From assembly GCF_963921235.1 (NCBI RefSeq), contig NC_086101.1:2420001-2484000 (forward strand): a stretch of DNA of 64,000 nt. The letters are read 5' to 3'. A program made the translations under genes and the position numbers. This stretch comes from Mobula hypostoma (Eukaryota). The notes beneath the pieces are model-generated. The model made no database searches and had not been told where the DNA came from. It saw only the letters and a program-made list of their open reading frames with translations. The number at the start of each line of letters is the position of its first letter. Within the stretch, counting starts at the first letter, position 1. Positions 13,160 to 27,629 of the stretch are shown here, one piece after another.

Positions 13160-14905
13160 TCGAAAAGATCCTGATGGGAGTTCTATACAGAACCCCAAAC
13201 AGTAGTAAGGATATGGTCTACAAATTACAACAGGAGGTAGAAAATGCATGCCAAAAGAGCAATGTTACAATCATCATGAGGGATTTCACTGTGCAGGTAG
13301 AGTGCGAAATCCAGGGTGGTGCTGACACAACTGTGGCTAACAAGAGAGTCAAAGCCAACATAAGCCAAAGAGAGGGCATATAATAGAGCAAAAATTAATG
13401 GGAAGTTAGGGGATTGGGAAGCTTTTAAAAAGCAATGGAAGGCAACTGAAAAAGTCATTATGAAGGTAAAAATGTAATATGAAAGTAAACTAGCCAATTA
13501 TATAATAGAAGATACCAAAAGGTTCCTCGGATACCTAAGGTGTAAATGAGAAGTGAGAGTGGATATCGGACCGCCGGAAAACAATGCTGGAGAGTTAGTA
13601 ATGGGGGACAATGAAATGGCAGACAAACTGAATAAGTATTTTGCATCAGTCTTCACTCTGGAGGACACGAGCAGTATGGTGGAAGCTCCAAGTGTCGGGG
13701 GTCATGAAGTGTGTGAAGTTACCATTACTAGGGAGAAGGTTCTTGTGAAGCTGAAAGGTCTGAAGGTGGATAAGTCACCTGTGCACCCTAGGGAAATGAA
13801 AGAGGTGGCTGAAGAGGCCTTAGTTATGATCTTTCAACAATCATCAGATTCTGGGATGTCTTCAGAGGACCAGAAAATTGCAAATGTCATGTCAAGAAGG
13901 GAGGGAGGCAGAAGAAAGGATATTATTGGCCAGTTAGCTTGACTCCAATGGTTGGAAAGATGTTGGAAGTCTATTATTAACAAACAGGTCAGGGGCACTT
14001 AGAGCCACAAGATAAAAGAGTCCAAAGTCCGGCTGGTTTTCTAAAGGGGAAACCTTGCCTGACATATCTGTTGGAAATCTTTGAGGAAATAACAGGCAGG
14101 ATAGACAAAGCAGAGTCAGTGGATGTTGTTTATTTGGATTTTCAGAAGGTGCCACACATGCAGGAAGATACTAGAATGGATTGGGGATTGCGTGACTACT
14201 AGGAGTCAGGGAATGGGAATAAAGGGAGCCCTCCTTGGCTTGGTTGCTGGCGACTAGTGGTGTTCCACAGATTTCTATGTTGGGACCAATTCTTTTCATG
14301 TTGTATGTTCATGATTTGAATGAAGACACTGAGGGCTTTGTGGCCAGGTTTGCAGAAAATACAAAGGAAGGCGGAGGAGTAAGTAGTGTTAAGGAAACGG
14401 GGGCCTGCGAAAGATCTTAGACTGGGAGAATGAGTAAAGAAGTGGCAGATAGAATACATGTTGGGAAGAGTATTCCTACTTTGGTAGATGAAATAAAAGG
14501 GTAGGCTATTTTCTAAATGGAGAGAAAATACAAAAATATGAGCCACAAAGGAATTTGGAAGCTATCATGCAGGATTCCCTAAAGGTTAATTTGCAGGTTG
14601 AGTCTGCGGTGAGGAAGGCAAATACAATGTTAGCACTGATTTCGAGAGGTCTAGAATATAAAAGCAAGGATGTAATGTTGAGGCTTTATAAGACACTGGA
14701 GAGGCCTCACTTGGAGTATTGTGAGCAGTTTTGGGCCCCGTATGTAAGAAAAGATGTGCTGAAACTGGAGAAGATTCAGAGCAGGTTCACATAGTCATAC
14801 TTTATTGATCCTGAGGGAAATTGGTTAATTGGTTAACGAGAATGATCCCAGGAATGAAAGGCTTAACATGAGGAGTGTTTGATGGTTCTGGGCCTGTACT
14901 TGCTG
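13160..14905 (+). mobile_element. Degraded, internally deleted CR1 ORF2
   Basis: GVLYRTPN, LNKYFASVFT, SGVPQ..LGP, RPHLEYCEQFWAP. Confidence 0.88.
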
Positions 14906-15539
14906 GCTGTGGAAACCTTTCAAAGAAGGGGCAAGCAAAGCTGAGTGAAGTTGTCCCCTTCGGTTCACAAGTCTGAATGGTTGAGGGGTAGTAACCACAA
15001 CCACCACTGATGGTGTCAGACCTGACAGCAGCTCCCCTACTTTCCTCCAATCACCTTAAAACAATGCCTCCTCTTATTTGCCATTTCCGTCCTAGGAGAA
15101 AAGTCTCTGGCTATCCACCCGATCTGTGCCTCTTATCATCTTGTACATCCCTATGAAGTCACCTCTCATCCTGTTATTTCATTTAACCTTTGTGAACCCC
15201 TCCTCTCTCCTGACTCACAGTGTACATCTCCCACCCACTGTCCACTTCACACAGAACACACATCCTACTGTACATCCATGGATACAAAACAATTATGTAT
15301 ATAACCTTAAGAGTTTAGGCAATCCTCCCACACTTCCCTTCCCTATTGCTTGTACATTGCGACAGAGACACAACGTAAAGATTTTTACTCTCTCTCCCCC
15401 TTCTGAGATGGATGAAAGGAATAAAATTCTAATTGTAACATACGATGCACATACAACAGACTGGACCCGTACCACACTCCCAGGATCTCCCGTCTGCCAC
15501 GCACACGGCCCCACGTCTTCCCGCCACACAGAGAGTACA

Positions 15540-18500
15540 CCCCACAGACACACACACACTGCCCGTACCCCACACAACGTGTACACACACCGCCCGAACC
15601 CCACACAACGTGTACACACCGCCCGTACCCCACAGACACACACACACTGCCCGTACCCCACAGACACACACACCACCCGTACCCCACAGACACACACTCA
15701 CACCGCCCGTACCCCACAGACACACACACCACCCGTACCCCACAGACACACACTCACACCGCCCGTACCCCACACACACACACACTCACACCGCCCGTAC
15801 CCCACACACACACACACACCGCCCGTACCCCACAGACACACACACACTGCCCGTACCCCACAGACACACACACCACCCGTACCCCACACACACACACTCA
15901 CACCGTCCGTACCCCACACACACACACACACCGCCCGTACCCCACACACACACACACACTGCCCGTACCCCACAGACACACACACCACCCGTACCCCACA
16001 CACACACACTCACACCGCCCGTACCCCACACACACACACCGCCCGTACCCCACAGACACACACACACTGCCCGTACCCCACAGACACACACTCACACCGC
16101 CCGTACCCCACACAACGTGTACACACACCGCCCGTACCCCACAGACACACACACACCGCCCGTACCCCACAGACACACACACACACCGCCCATACCCCAC
16201 ACAACGTGTACACACACCGCCCGTACCCCACAGACACACACTCACACCACCCGTACCCCACACAACATGTACACACACCGCCCGTACCCCACAGACACAC
16301 ACACACCGCCCGTACCCCACACAACGTGTACACACACCGCCCGTACCCCACAGACACACACACACACCGCCCGTACCCCACAGACACACACACACACACC
16401 GCCCGTACCCCACACAACGTGTACACACACCGCCCGTACCCCACAGACACACACTCACACCGCCCGTACCCCACACAACGTGTACACACACCGCCCGTAC
16501 CCCACAGACACACACACACCGCCCGTACCCCACAGACACACAGACACCGCCCGTACCCCACACACACACAGCCCGTACCCCACACACACACACACCGCCC
16601 GTACCCCACAGACACACACACACCGCCCGTACCCCACACAACGTGTACACACACCGCCCGTACCCCACAGACACACACACACCGCCCGTACCCCACAGAC
16701 ACACACACACACACCGCCCGTACCCCACACAACGTGTACACACACCGCCCGTACCCCACAGACACACACTCACACCGCCCGTACCCCACACAACATGTAC
16801 ACACACCGCCCGTACCCCACAGACACACACACACCGCCCGTACCCCACACAACGTGTACACACACCGCCCGTACCCCACAGACACACACACACCGCCCGT
16901 ACCCCACAGACACACACACACACCGCCCGTACCCCACACAACGTGTACACACACCGCCCGTACCCCACAGACACACACTCACACCGCCCGTACCCCACAC
17001 AACGTGTACACACACCGCCCGTACCCCACAGACACACACACACCACCCGTACCCCACAGACACACAGACACCGCCCGTACCCCACACACACACACACACC
17101 GCCCGTACCCCACACACACACACACACACCGCCCGTACCCCACACACACACACCGCCCGTACCCCACAGACACACACTCACACCGCCCGTACCCCACACA
17201 ACGTGTACACACACCGCCCGTACCCCACAGACACACACACACCACCCGTACCCCACAGACACACAGACACCGCCCGTACCCCACAGACACACACACACAC
17301 CGCCCGTACCCCACACACACACACCGCCCGTACCCCACAGACACACACACACCGCCCGTACCCCACACAACGTGTACACACACCGCCCGTACCCCACAGA
17401 CACACACACACCGCCCGTACCCCATACAACGTGTACACACACCGCCCGTACCCCACAGACACACACACACACCGCCCGTACCCCACACAACGTGTACACA
17501 CACCGCCCGTACCCCACAGACACACACACACCGCCCGTACCCCACACACACACACCGCCCGTACCCCACAGACACACACACACCGCCCGTACCCCACACA
17601 ACGTGTACACACACCGCCCGTACCCCACAGACACACACACACCGCCCGTACCCCACAGACACACACACACCGCCCGTACCCCACAGACACACACACACCG
17701 CCCGTACCCCACACAACGTGTACACACACCGCCCGTACCCCACAGACACACACACACACCGCCCGTACCCCAACACACACACACACCGCCCGTACCCCAC
17801 ACACACACACACCGCCCGTACCCCATACAACGTGTACACACACCGCCCGTACCCCACACAACACACACACACCGCCCGTACCCCACAGACACACAGCCCG
17901 TACCCCACACACACCGCCCGTACCCCACAGACACACACACACACCGCCCGTACCCCACACACACACACACACCGCCCGTACCCCACAGACACACACACAC
18001 CGCCCGTACCCCACAGACACACACACCACCCGTACCCCACACACACACACTCACACCGCCCGTACCCCACAGACACACACACACACCGCCCGTACCCCAC
18101 ACAACGTGTACACACACCGCCCGTACCCCACAGACACACACTCACACCGCCCGTACCCCATACAACGTGTACACACACCGCCCGTACCCCACAGACACAC
18201 ACACACCACCCGTACCCCACAGACACACAGACACCGCCCGTACCCCACACACATACACACACCGCCCGTACCCCACACACACACACCGCCCGTACCCCAC
18301 AGACACACACACACCGCCCGTACCCCACACAACGTGTACACACACCGCCCGTACCCCACAGACACACACACACCGCCCGTACCCCACAGACACACACACA
18401 CACACCGCCCGTACCCCACACAACGTGTACACACACCGCCCGTACCCCACAGACACACACTCACATCGCCCGTACCCCACACAACATGTACACACACCGC

Positions 18501-21500
18501 CCGTACCCCACAGACACACACACACCGCCCGTACCCCACACAACGTGTACACACACCGCCCGTACCCCACAGACACACACACACCGCCCGTACCCCACAG
18601 ACACACACACACACCGCCCGTACCCCACACAACGTGTACACACACCGCCCGTACCCCACAGACACACACTCACACCGCCCGTACCCCACACAACGTGTAC
18701 ACACACCGCCCGTACCCCACAGACACACACACACCGCCCGTACCCCACAGACACACAGACACCGCCCGTACCCCACACACACACACACACCGCCCGTACC
18801 CCACACACACACACCGCCCGTACCCCACAGACACACACACACCGCCCGTACCCCACACAACGTGTACACACACCGCCCGTACCCCACAGACACACACTCA
18901 CACCGCCCGTACCCCACACAACGTGTACACACACCGCCCGTACCCCACAGACACACACACACCACCCGTACCCCACAGACACACAGACACCGCCCGTACC
19001 CCACACACACACACACACCGCCCGTACCCCACATACACACACCGCCCGTACCCCACAGACACACACACACCGCCCGTACCCCACACGTGTACACACACCG
19101 CCCGTACCCCACACAACGTGTACACACACCGCCCGTACCCCACAGACACACACACACCGCCCGTACCCCACAGACACACACACACACCGCCCGTACCCCA
19201 CACAACGTGTACACACACCGCCTGTACCCCACAGACACACACACACCGCCCGTACCCCACACACACACACACCGCCCGTACCCCACACACACACACACCG
19301 CCCGTACCCCACACACACCGCCCGTACCCCACAGACACACACACACACCGCCCGTACCCCACAGACACACACACACCGCCCGTACCCCACAGACACACAC
19401 ACACCGCCCGTACCCCACAGACACACACACACCGCCCGTACCCCACAGACACACACACACCGCCCGTACCCCACACAACGTGTACACACACCGCCCGTAC
19501 CCCACAGACACACACACACACCGCCCGTACCCCCACACACACACACACCGCCCGTACCCCACACACCGCCCGTACCCCATACAACGTGTACACACACCGC
19601 CCGTACCCCACAGACACACACACACACCGCCCGTACCCCACACACACACACACCGCCCGTACCCCACACACACACACACCGCCCGTACCCCATACAACGT
19701 GTACACACACCGCCCGTACCCCACAGACACACACACACCGCCCGTACCCCACAGACACACACACACCGCCCGTACCCCACAGACACACACACCACCCGTA
19801 CCCCACACACACACACTCACACCGCCCGTACCCCACAGACACACACACACACCGCCCGTACCCCACACAACGTGTACACACACCGCCCGTACCCCACAGA
19901 CACACACACACACCGCCCGTACCCCATACAACGTGTACACAGACCGCCCGTACCCCACAGACACACACACACCGCCCGTACCCCACAGACACACACACAC
20001 CGCCCGTACCCCACACACACACACACACCGCCCGTACCCCACACACACACACACCGCCCGTACCCCACAGACACACACACACCGCCCGTACCCCACACAA
20101 CGTGTACACACACCGCCCGTACCCCACAGACACACACACCACCCGTACCCCACACACACACACTCACACCGCCCGTACCCCACACACACACACACACCGC
20201 CCGTACCCCACACACACACACCGCCCGTACCCCACAGACACACACACACCGCCCGTACCCCACACAACGTGTACACACACCGCCCGTACCCCACAGACAC
20301 ACACACACCGCCCGTACCCCACAGACACACACACACACCGCCCGTACCCCACAGACGTGTACACACACCGCCCGTACCCCACACAACGTGTACACACACC
20401 GCCCGTACCCCACAGACACACATACACCGCCCGTACCCCACACACACACACACCGCCCGTACCCCACACACACACACACCGCCCGTACCCCCACACACAC
20501 CGCCCGTACCCCACAGACACACACACACACCGCCCGTACCCCACAGACACACACACACCGCCCGTACCCCACACAACGCCCGTACCCCACAACACACACA
20601 CACCGCCCGTACCCCACAGACACACACACACACCGCCCGTACCCCACACAACGTGTACACACACCGCCCGTACCCTACAGACACACACACACACCGCCCG
20701 TACCCCACAGACACACACACACACACCGCCCGTACCCCACACAACGTGTACACACACCGCCCGTACCCCACAGACACACACACACACCGCCCGTACCCCA
20801 CACACACACACACCGCCCGTACCCCCCACACACACACACACCGCCCGTACCCCACACAACGTGTACACACACCGCCCGTACCCCACAGACACACACACAC
20901 CGCCCGTACCCCACACACACCGCCCGTACCCCACAGACACACACACACCGCCCGTACCCCACAGACACACACACACCGCCCGTACCCCACAGACACACAC
21001 ACACACCGCCCGTACCCCACACACACACACACACCGCCCGTACCCCACACACACACACACACCGCCCGTACCCCACAGACACACACACACCGCCCGTACC
21101 CCACACAACGTGTACACACACCGCCCGTACCCCACAGACACACACTCACACCGCCCGTACCCCATACAACGTGTACACACACCGCCCGTACCCCACAGAC
21201 ACACACACACCGCCCGTACCCCACAGACACACACACACACCGCCCGTACCCCACACACACACACACCGCCCGTACCCCACACACACACGCCCGACACACA
21301 CCGCCCGTACCCCACAGACACACACACACACCGCCCGTACCCCACAGACACACACACCACCCGTACCCCACACACACACACTCACACCGCCCGTACCCCA
21401 CACACACACACACACACCGCCCGTACCCCACAGACACACACACACCGCCCGTACCCCACACAACGTGTACACACACCGCCCGTACCCCACAGACACACAC

Positions 21501-24007
21501 ACACACCGCCCGTACCCCACACAACGTGTACACACACCGCCCGTACCCCACAGACACACACACACCGCCCGTACCCCACAGACACACACACACCGCCCGT
21601 ACCCCACACAACGTGTACACACACCGCCCGTACCCCACACAACGTGTACACACACCGCCCGTACCCCACAGACACACACACACCGCCCGTACCCCACACA
21701 ACGTGTACACACACCGCCCGTACCCCACAGACACACACACACCGCCCGTACCCCACACAACGAGTACACACACCGCCCGTACCCCACAGACACACACACA
21801 CCGCCCGTACCCCACAGACACACACTCACACCGCCCGTACCCCACACAACGTGTACACACACCGCCCGTACCCCACACAACGTGTACACACACCGCCCGT
21901 ACCCCACAGACACACACACACCGCCCGTACCCCACAGACACACACACTCACACCGCCCGTACCCCACACAACGTGTACACACACCGCCCGTACCCCACAG
22001 ACACACACACACCGCCCGTACCCCACACAACGTGTACACACACCGCCCGTACCCCACACAACGTGTACACACACCGCCCGTACACCACACACCGCCCGTA
22101 CCCCACACACACACACACACCGCCCGTACCCCACACACACACACACCGCCCGTACCCCACACACACACACACCGCCCGTACCCCATACAGACGGTACACA
22201 CACCGCCCGTACCCCACAGACACACACACACCGCCCGTACCCCACAGACACACACACACACCGCCCGTACCCCACAGACACACACACACCGCCCGTACCC
22301 CACACACACACACACACCGCCCGTACCCCACAGACACACACACACCGCCCGTACCCCACAGACACACACACCACCCGTACCCCACACACACACACTCACA
22401 CCGCCCGTACCCCACACACACACACACACCGCCCGTACCCCACACAACGTGTACACACACCGCCCGTACCCCACAGACACACACTCACACCGCCCGTACC
22501 CCATACAACGTGTACACACACCGCCCGTACCCCACAGACACACACACACCGCCCGTACCCCACAGACACACACACACACCGCCCGTACCCCACAGACACA
22601 CACACACACCGCCCGTACCCCACAGACACACACACACCGCCCGTACCCCACACACACACACACACCGCCCGTACCCCACAGACACACACACACCGCCCGT
22701 ACCCCACACAACGTGTACACACACCGCCCGTACCCCACAGACACACACTCACACCGCCCGTACCCCACACAACGTGTACACACACCGCCCGTACCCCACA
22801 GACACACACACACCGCCCGTACCCCACAGACACACACACACACCGCCCGTACCCCACAGACACACACACACACCGCCCGTACCCCACAGACACACACACA
22901 CCGCCCGTACCCCACAGACACACACACACACCGCCCGTACCCCACAGACACACACACACACACCACCCGTACCCCACACACACACACTCACACCGCCCGT
23001 ACCCCACACACACACACACCGCCCGTACCCCACACAACGTGTACACACACCGCCCGTACCCCACACAACGTGTACACACACCGCCCGTACCCCACACAAC
23101 GTGTACACACACCGCCCGTACCCCACAGACACACACACACCGCCCGTACCCCACACAACGTGTACACACACCGCCCGTACCCCACAGACACACACACACC
23201 GCCCGTACCCCACAGACACACACACACCGCCCGTACCCCACACAACGTGTACACACACCGCCCGTACCCCACACAACGTGTACACACACCGCCCGTACCC
23301 CACACAACGTGTACACACACCGCCCGTACCCCACAGACACACACACACCGCCCGTACCCCACACACACACACACCGCCCGTACCCCACACAACGTGTACA
23401 CACACCGCCCGTACCCCACAGACACACACACACCGCCCGTACCCCACACACACCGCCCGTACCCCACACAACGTGTACACACACCGCCCGTACCCCACAG
23501 ACACACACTCACACCACCCGTACCCCATACAACGTGTACACACACCGCCCGTACCCCACAGACACACACACACCACCCCGTACCCCACACAACGTGTACA
23601 CACACCGCCCGTACCCCACACACACACACACACCGCCCGTACCCCACAGACACACACACACACCGCCCGTACCCCACAGACACACACACACCGCCCGTAC
23701 CCCACACACACACACACACCGCCCGTACCCCACAGACACACACACACCGCCCGTACCCCACACACACACACACACCACCCGTACCCCACAGACACACAGA
23801 CACCACCCGTACCCCATACAACGTGTACACACACCGCCCGTACCCCACAGACACACACACACCACCCGTACCCCACAGACACACAGACACCGCCCGTACC
23901 CCACACACACACACACACCGCCCGTACCCCACAGACACACACTCACACCACCCGTACCCCACAGACGGTACACACACCGCCCGTACCCCACAGACGGTAC
24001 ACACACA
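15540..24007. repeat. About 8.5-kb minisatellite (units about 22-34 bp) in PFDN6 intron 1
   Basis: Core ccgcccgtacccca followed by variable (ca)n, cagacac or caacgtgtacac spacers. Confidence 0.98.
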
Positions 24008-24037
24008 GGTCTGAGGGAGAGGGAGAAATGGACAAAC

Positions 24038-24101
24038 CCTTCTGCACCCCCTGGTATTTCTCCAGCTCCGTCTGCAATTTTCGCTGCAGGACCTCCGCCA
24101 T
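24038..24101 (-). CDS. PFDN6: Prefoldin subunit 6, coding exon 1 (MAEVLQRKLQTELEKYQGVQK + 1 nt)
   Basis: Translation closely resembles the vertebrate PFDN6 N-terminus (human MAELIQKKLQGEVEKYQQLQK). ATG at 24101 in strong Kozak context (aagATGG). 64 nt followed by the donor GTTTGT at 24037, phase 1. Confidence 0.93.
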
Positions 24102-24172
24102 CTTCCCGGCCCTGACCTCCGACCCCGCCACGTGACCGGGTCGGACCCACGTGACGCCGCGGAGGGGGTGGG
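24102..24172 (-). promoter_or_regulatory. Compact CpG-rich PFDN6 5'UTR/proximal promoter with two USF/MiT-type E-boxes
   Basis: CACGTG at 24129-24134 and 24148-24153, both GTCACGTGG on the minus strand. CpG-dense and directly upstream of the ATG. Confidence 0.6.
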
Positions 24173-24888
24173 GATGTCACCAGCGTCTGGCGTGAAATGT
24201 GTTGTTTTGTGGCAGCAGGACGATGATAACAGAAAATTATAAAATACAATTATATATGTATTCAGTTTATGAACAGTGAGCAGTGCTAAAAGAGGGTGAA
24301 ATACTGTCGTTGACAGTGATGAAATGCTTTGAGAGGTTGGTCATGATTAGACTGAACTCCTGCCTCAGCAAGGACCTGAACCCTTTGCAATTTGCCTGTC
24401 GCCACAATAGGTCAATGGCAGATGCAATCTCAATGGGTCTCCACACAGCTTTAAACCACCTGGACAACACAAACACCTCTGTCAGGATGCTGTTCACTGA
24501 CTATACCTCAGCATTTAATACCATCATTCCCACAATCCTGATTGAGAAGTTGCAGAACCTGGGCCTCTGTAATTGGATCCTTGACTTCCTAACCGATAGA
24601 CCACAATCTGTGTGGATTGGTGATAATGTATCCTGCTCGCTGACATCAACACTGGGTGTGTGCTTAGCCCACTGCTCTACTCTCTATATACTCTTGACTG
24701 TGTGGCTAGGCATAGCTCAAATGCCATCTACACCCATTGTTGGCAGAATCTCAGGTGGTGACGAGAGGGCATACAGGAGCGAGATATGACAATAGTGGGA
24801 TGGTGTCGCAGCAGAAACCTGGCACTCAACCTCAGGAAGACAAAAGAGCTGATTGTGTACTCCAGGAAGGGTAAGACAAAGGAACGTA

Positions 24889-25740
24889 CAGTGGTATGCA
24901 AAAGTTTAGGCGCCCCTGGTCAAAATTTCAGTTAATGTGAATAGCTAAGCGAGTAAAAGATGACCTGATTTCCAAAAGACTTAAAGTTAAAGATGACACA
25001 TTTCTTTAATATTTTAAGCAAGAAAACTTTTTTATTTCCACCTTTTACAGTTTCAAAATAACAAAAAAGGAAAAGGGCCCAAAGCAAAAGTTTGGGCACC
25101 CTGCATGGTCAGTACTTAGTAACACCCACTTTGGCAAGTATCACAGCTTGTAAATGCTTTCTGTAGCCAGCTAAGAGTCTTTCAATTCTTGTTTGGGGGA
25201 TTTTCGCCCATTCTTCCTTGCAAAAGGCTTCTAGTTCTGTGAGATTCTTGGGCCGTCTTGCATGCACTGCTCTTTTGAGGTCTATCCACAGATTCTCGAT
25301 GATGTTTAGGTCAGGGACTGTGAGGGCCATGGCAAAACCTTCAGCTTGCACCTCTTGAGGTAGTCCATTGTGGATTCTGAGTTGTGTTTAGGATCATTAT
25401 CCTGTTGTAGAAGCCATCCTCTTTTCATCTACAGCTTTTTTACATTTGGTGTGATGTTTGGTTCCAGAATTTTCTAGTATTTAATTGAATTCATTCTTCC
25501 CTCTACCCGTGAAATGTTCCCCATGCCACTGGCTGCAAAACAAGCCCAAGGCATGATTGATCCATCCCTGTGCTTAACAATTGGAGGTGTTCTTTTCATG
25601 AAATTCTGCACCCTTTTTTCTCCAAACATACCTTTGCTCATTGTGGCCAAAAAGTTCTATTCAAAAGGTTCAAAGGAACTTCCAAACAAGCTTGATGAAA
25701 TTTGGAAACAAGTCCTGTGGACTGATGAAGTTAAAATAGA
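24889..25740 (-). mobile_element. Tc1/mariner DNA transposon remnant (IR/DR type; one terminal repeat plus transposase DDE 3' half)
   Basis: Starts TA|CAGTGG. Direct repeats GCAAAAGTTT(A/G)GGC(G/A)CCC at 24898 and 25084. Transposase motifs PDLNIIENLW, QQDNDPKH, VLWTDE. Confidence 0.92.
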
Positions 25741-26121
25741 ATAGAAATGTTGTACCGTGGAGAGCATTCTGACAGGCTGCATCACTGTCTGGTATGGGAG
25801 GGCTACTGCACAGGACCGAAAGAAGCTGCAGAGGGTTATAAATCTAGTCAGCTCCATCTTGGGCACTATCCTACAAAGTACCCAGGACATCTTCAGGGAG
25901 CGGTGTCTCAGAAAGGCAGCGTCCATTATTAAGGACATGCCCTTTTCTCACTGTTACCATCAGGTAGGAGATACAGAAGCCTGAAGACACACACTCAGCG
26001 ATTCAGGAACAGCTTCCCCTCTGCCATCCGATTCCTAAATGGACTTTGAACCCTTGGACACTACTTCACTTTTTAATATATATTATTTCTCTTTTTGCAT
26101 AATTTCAAATCTATTCAATAT

Positions 26122-26605
26122 ACATAGAAACATAGAAACATAGAAAATAGGTGCAGGAGTAGGCCATTCGACCCTTCGAGCCTGCACCGCCATTTATTAT
26201 GATCATGGCTGATCATCCAACTCAGAACCCAGCCTTCCCTCCATACCCCCTGACCCCTGTAGCCACAAGGGCCATATCTAACTTCCTTTTAAACATAGCT
26301 AATGAACTGGCCTCAACAGTTTGCTGTGGCAGAGAATTCCACAGATTCACCACTCTCTGTGTGAAGAAGTTTTTCCTAACCTCGGTCCTAAAAGGCTTCC
26401 CCTCTATCCTCAAACTGTGACCCCTCGTTCTAGACCTCCCCAACATCGGGAACAATCTTCCCGCATCTAGCCTGTCCAATCCCTTTAGGATCTTATACGT
26501 TTCAATCCGATCCCCCCTCAATCTTCTAAATTCCAACGAGTACAAGCCCAGTTCATCCAGTCTTTCTTCATATGAAAGACCTGCCATCCCAGGAATCAAT
26601 CTGGT
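26122..26605 (-). mobile_element. Young 5'-truncated CR1 3' end
   Basis: (acatagaa)n tail; nearly identical by eye to 47213-47693. Confidence 0.93.
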
Positions 26606-27139
26606 ATACATATCTACATATACTATATTTATCTTTTTTTTCTTCTATATTATGTATTGCATTGAACTGCTGCTGCTAAGTTAACAAATTTCATGTCACA
26701 TGCCGATGATAATAAACCTGATTCTGATTCTAAAAATACTGAAGTGCTCATGGGTTCATTTTCCTTTCAATGATCTGATGGTGGAGGAAGAGAAGCTGTT
26801 TCTGAAATGTTGGAGTGTGTATCTTCAGGCTCCTGTCCCTCCTCCCCGACGGAGGCAATGAGAAGAGGTGATGGATGCTGCCCTTGGGTGGCCTCACCCT
26901 TTGAAAATGTCATCCGTGCTGAGGAGGCGAGGACCCATGATGTTCACAACTTTCTGCAGCTTTTTCTGATCCTGTGCGGTGGCCCCTCCACACCAAACTT
27001 ATCCACTTTTGTTGATATCACCTTTTGAAGATTTCCTAGTTTCTGGGAAGGCTGGTACCCTGGGAAGGGAGGGGAGGGACAGGGAGAGGGAGGAACAGAA
27101 GGCGAGAATATAATTCATTACCAGATGAAAATTTATTGT

Positions 27140-27520
27140 AGAGAGTGAGAGACAGAGAGAGGGACAAACAAGGAGAGACAGACAGAGGAACAGACGGAGA
27201 GACAGTGATAGAGAGAGGGACAGACAAGGAGAGACAGAGGGAGGAACAGACAGGGAGGGACAGGGATGGGTAGGCAGGCAGAGACACAGACAGAGAGAGA
27301 GAGAGGGACAGACCGATAGAGGGAGAGGCAGAGAGTGAAAGATGGAGGGAGATATGGACAGTGAAGGACAGGCAGGGAGACAGAGAGGGGGACAGAAGGG
27401 GAGACAGGGAGACAGAGAGGGGGACAGAAGGGGAGACAGGTAGAGAAAGATAGGAAGAGATAGAGAATGTGACACAATGGGACAGACAGGGAGAAACGAG
27501 ACAGAGTGAGAGACAGACAC
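27140..27520. repeat. Purine-rich (GA/GACA) low-complexity tract
   Basis: Almost pure gagagacagagagggaca-type sequence. Confidence 0.9.
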
Positions 27521-27629
27521 ATAGGGATGTAAATCAGATTTTTATTGAAATGGTGAAAGATTACAGCTGGCTGCTGTACAGGGTCACCTGGGAAAGCTTG
27601 TGCAGGAAAGGCAAGAGGTTTATTGGTAG

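Larger units (their letters stand above)
24290..26730 (+). mobile_element. Rex1/Babar-type LINE (RT to 3' tail), interrupted by Tc1 and CR1 insertions
   Basis: [38 protein letters not shown]; resumes as ESILTGCITVWYG at about 25757; tail aataaacctgattctgattct at about 26710-26730. Confidence 0.88.

Noticed and set aside
15540..24007. CRISPR-like constant core plus variable spacer
   Set aside because: Spacers are a few recurring CA-rich variants, the context is eukaryotic, and there are no cas genes.
15126..24135. Giant His/Thr/Pro-rich ORFs (up to 2962 aa) and their Cys/Val/Gly antisense ORFs
   Set aside because: Stop-free minisatellite open in multiple frames on both strands; lies in PFDN6 intron 1.
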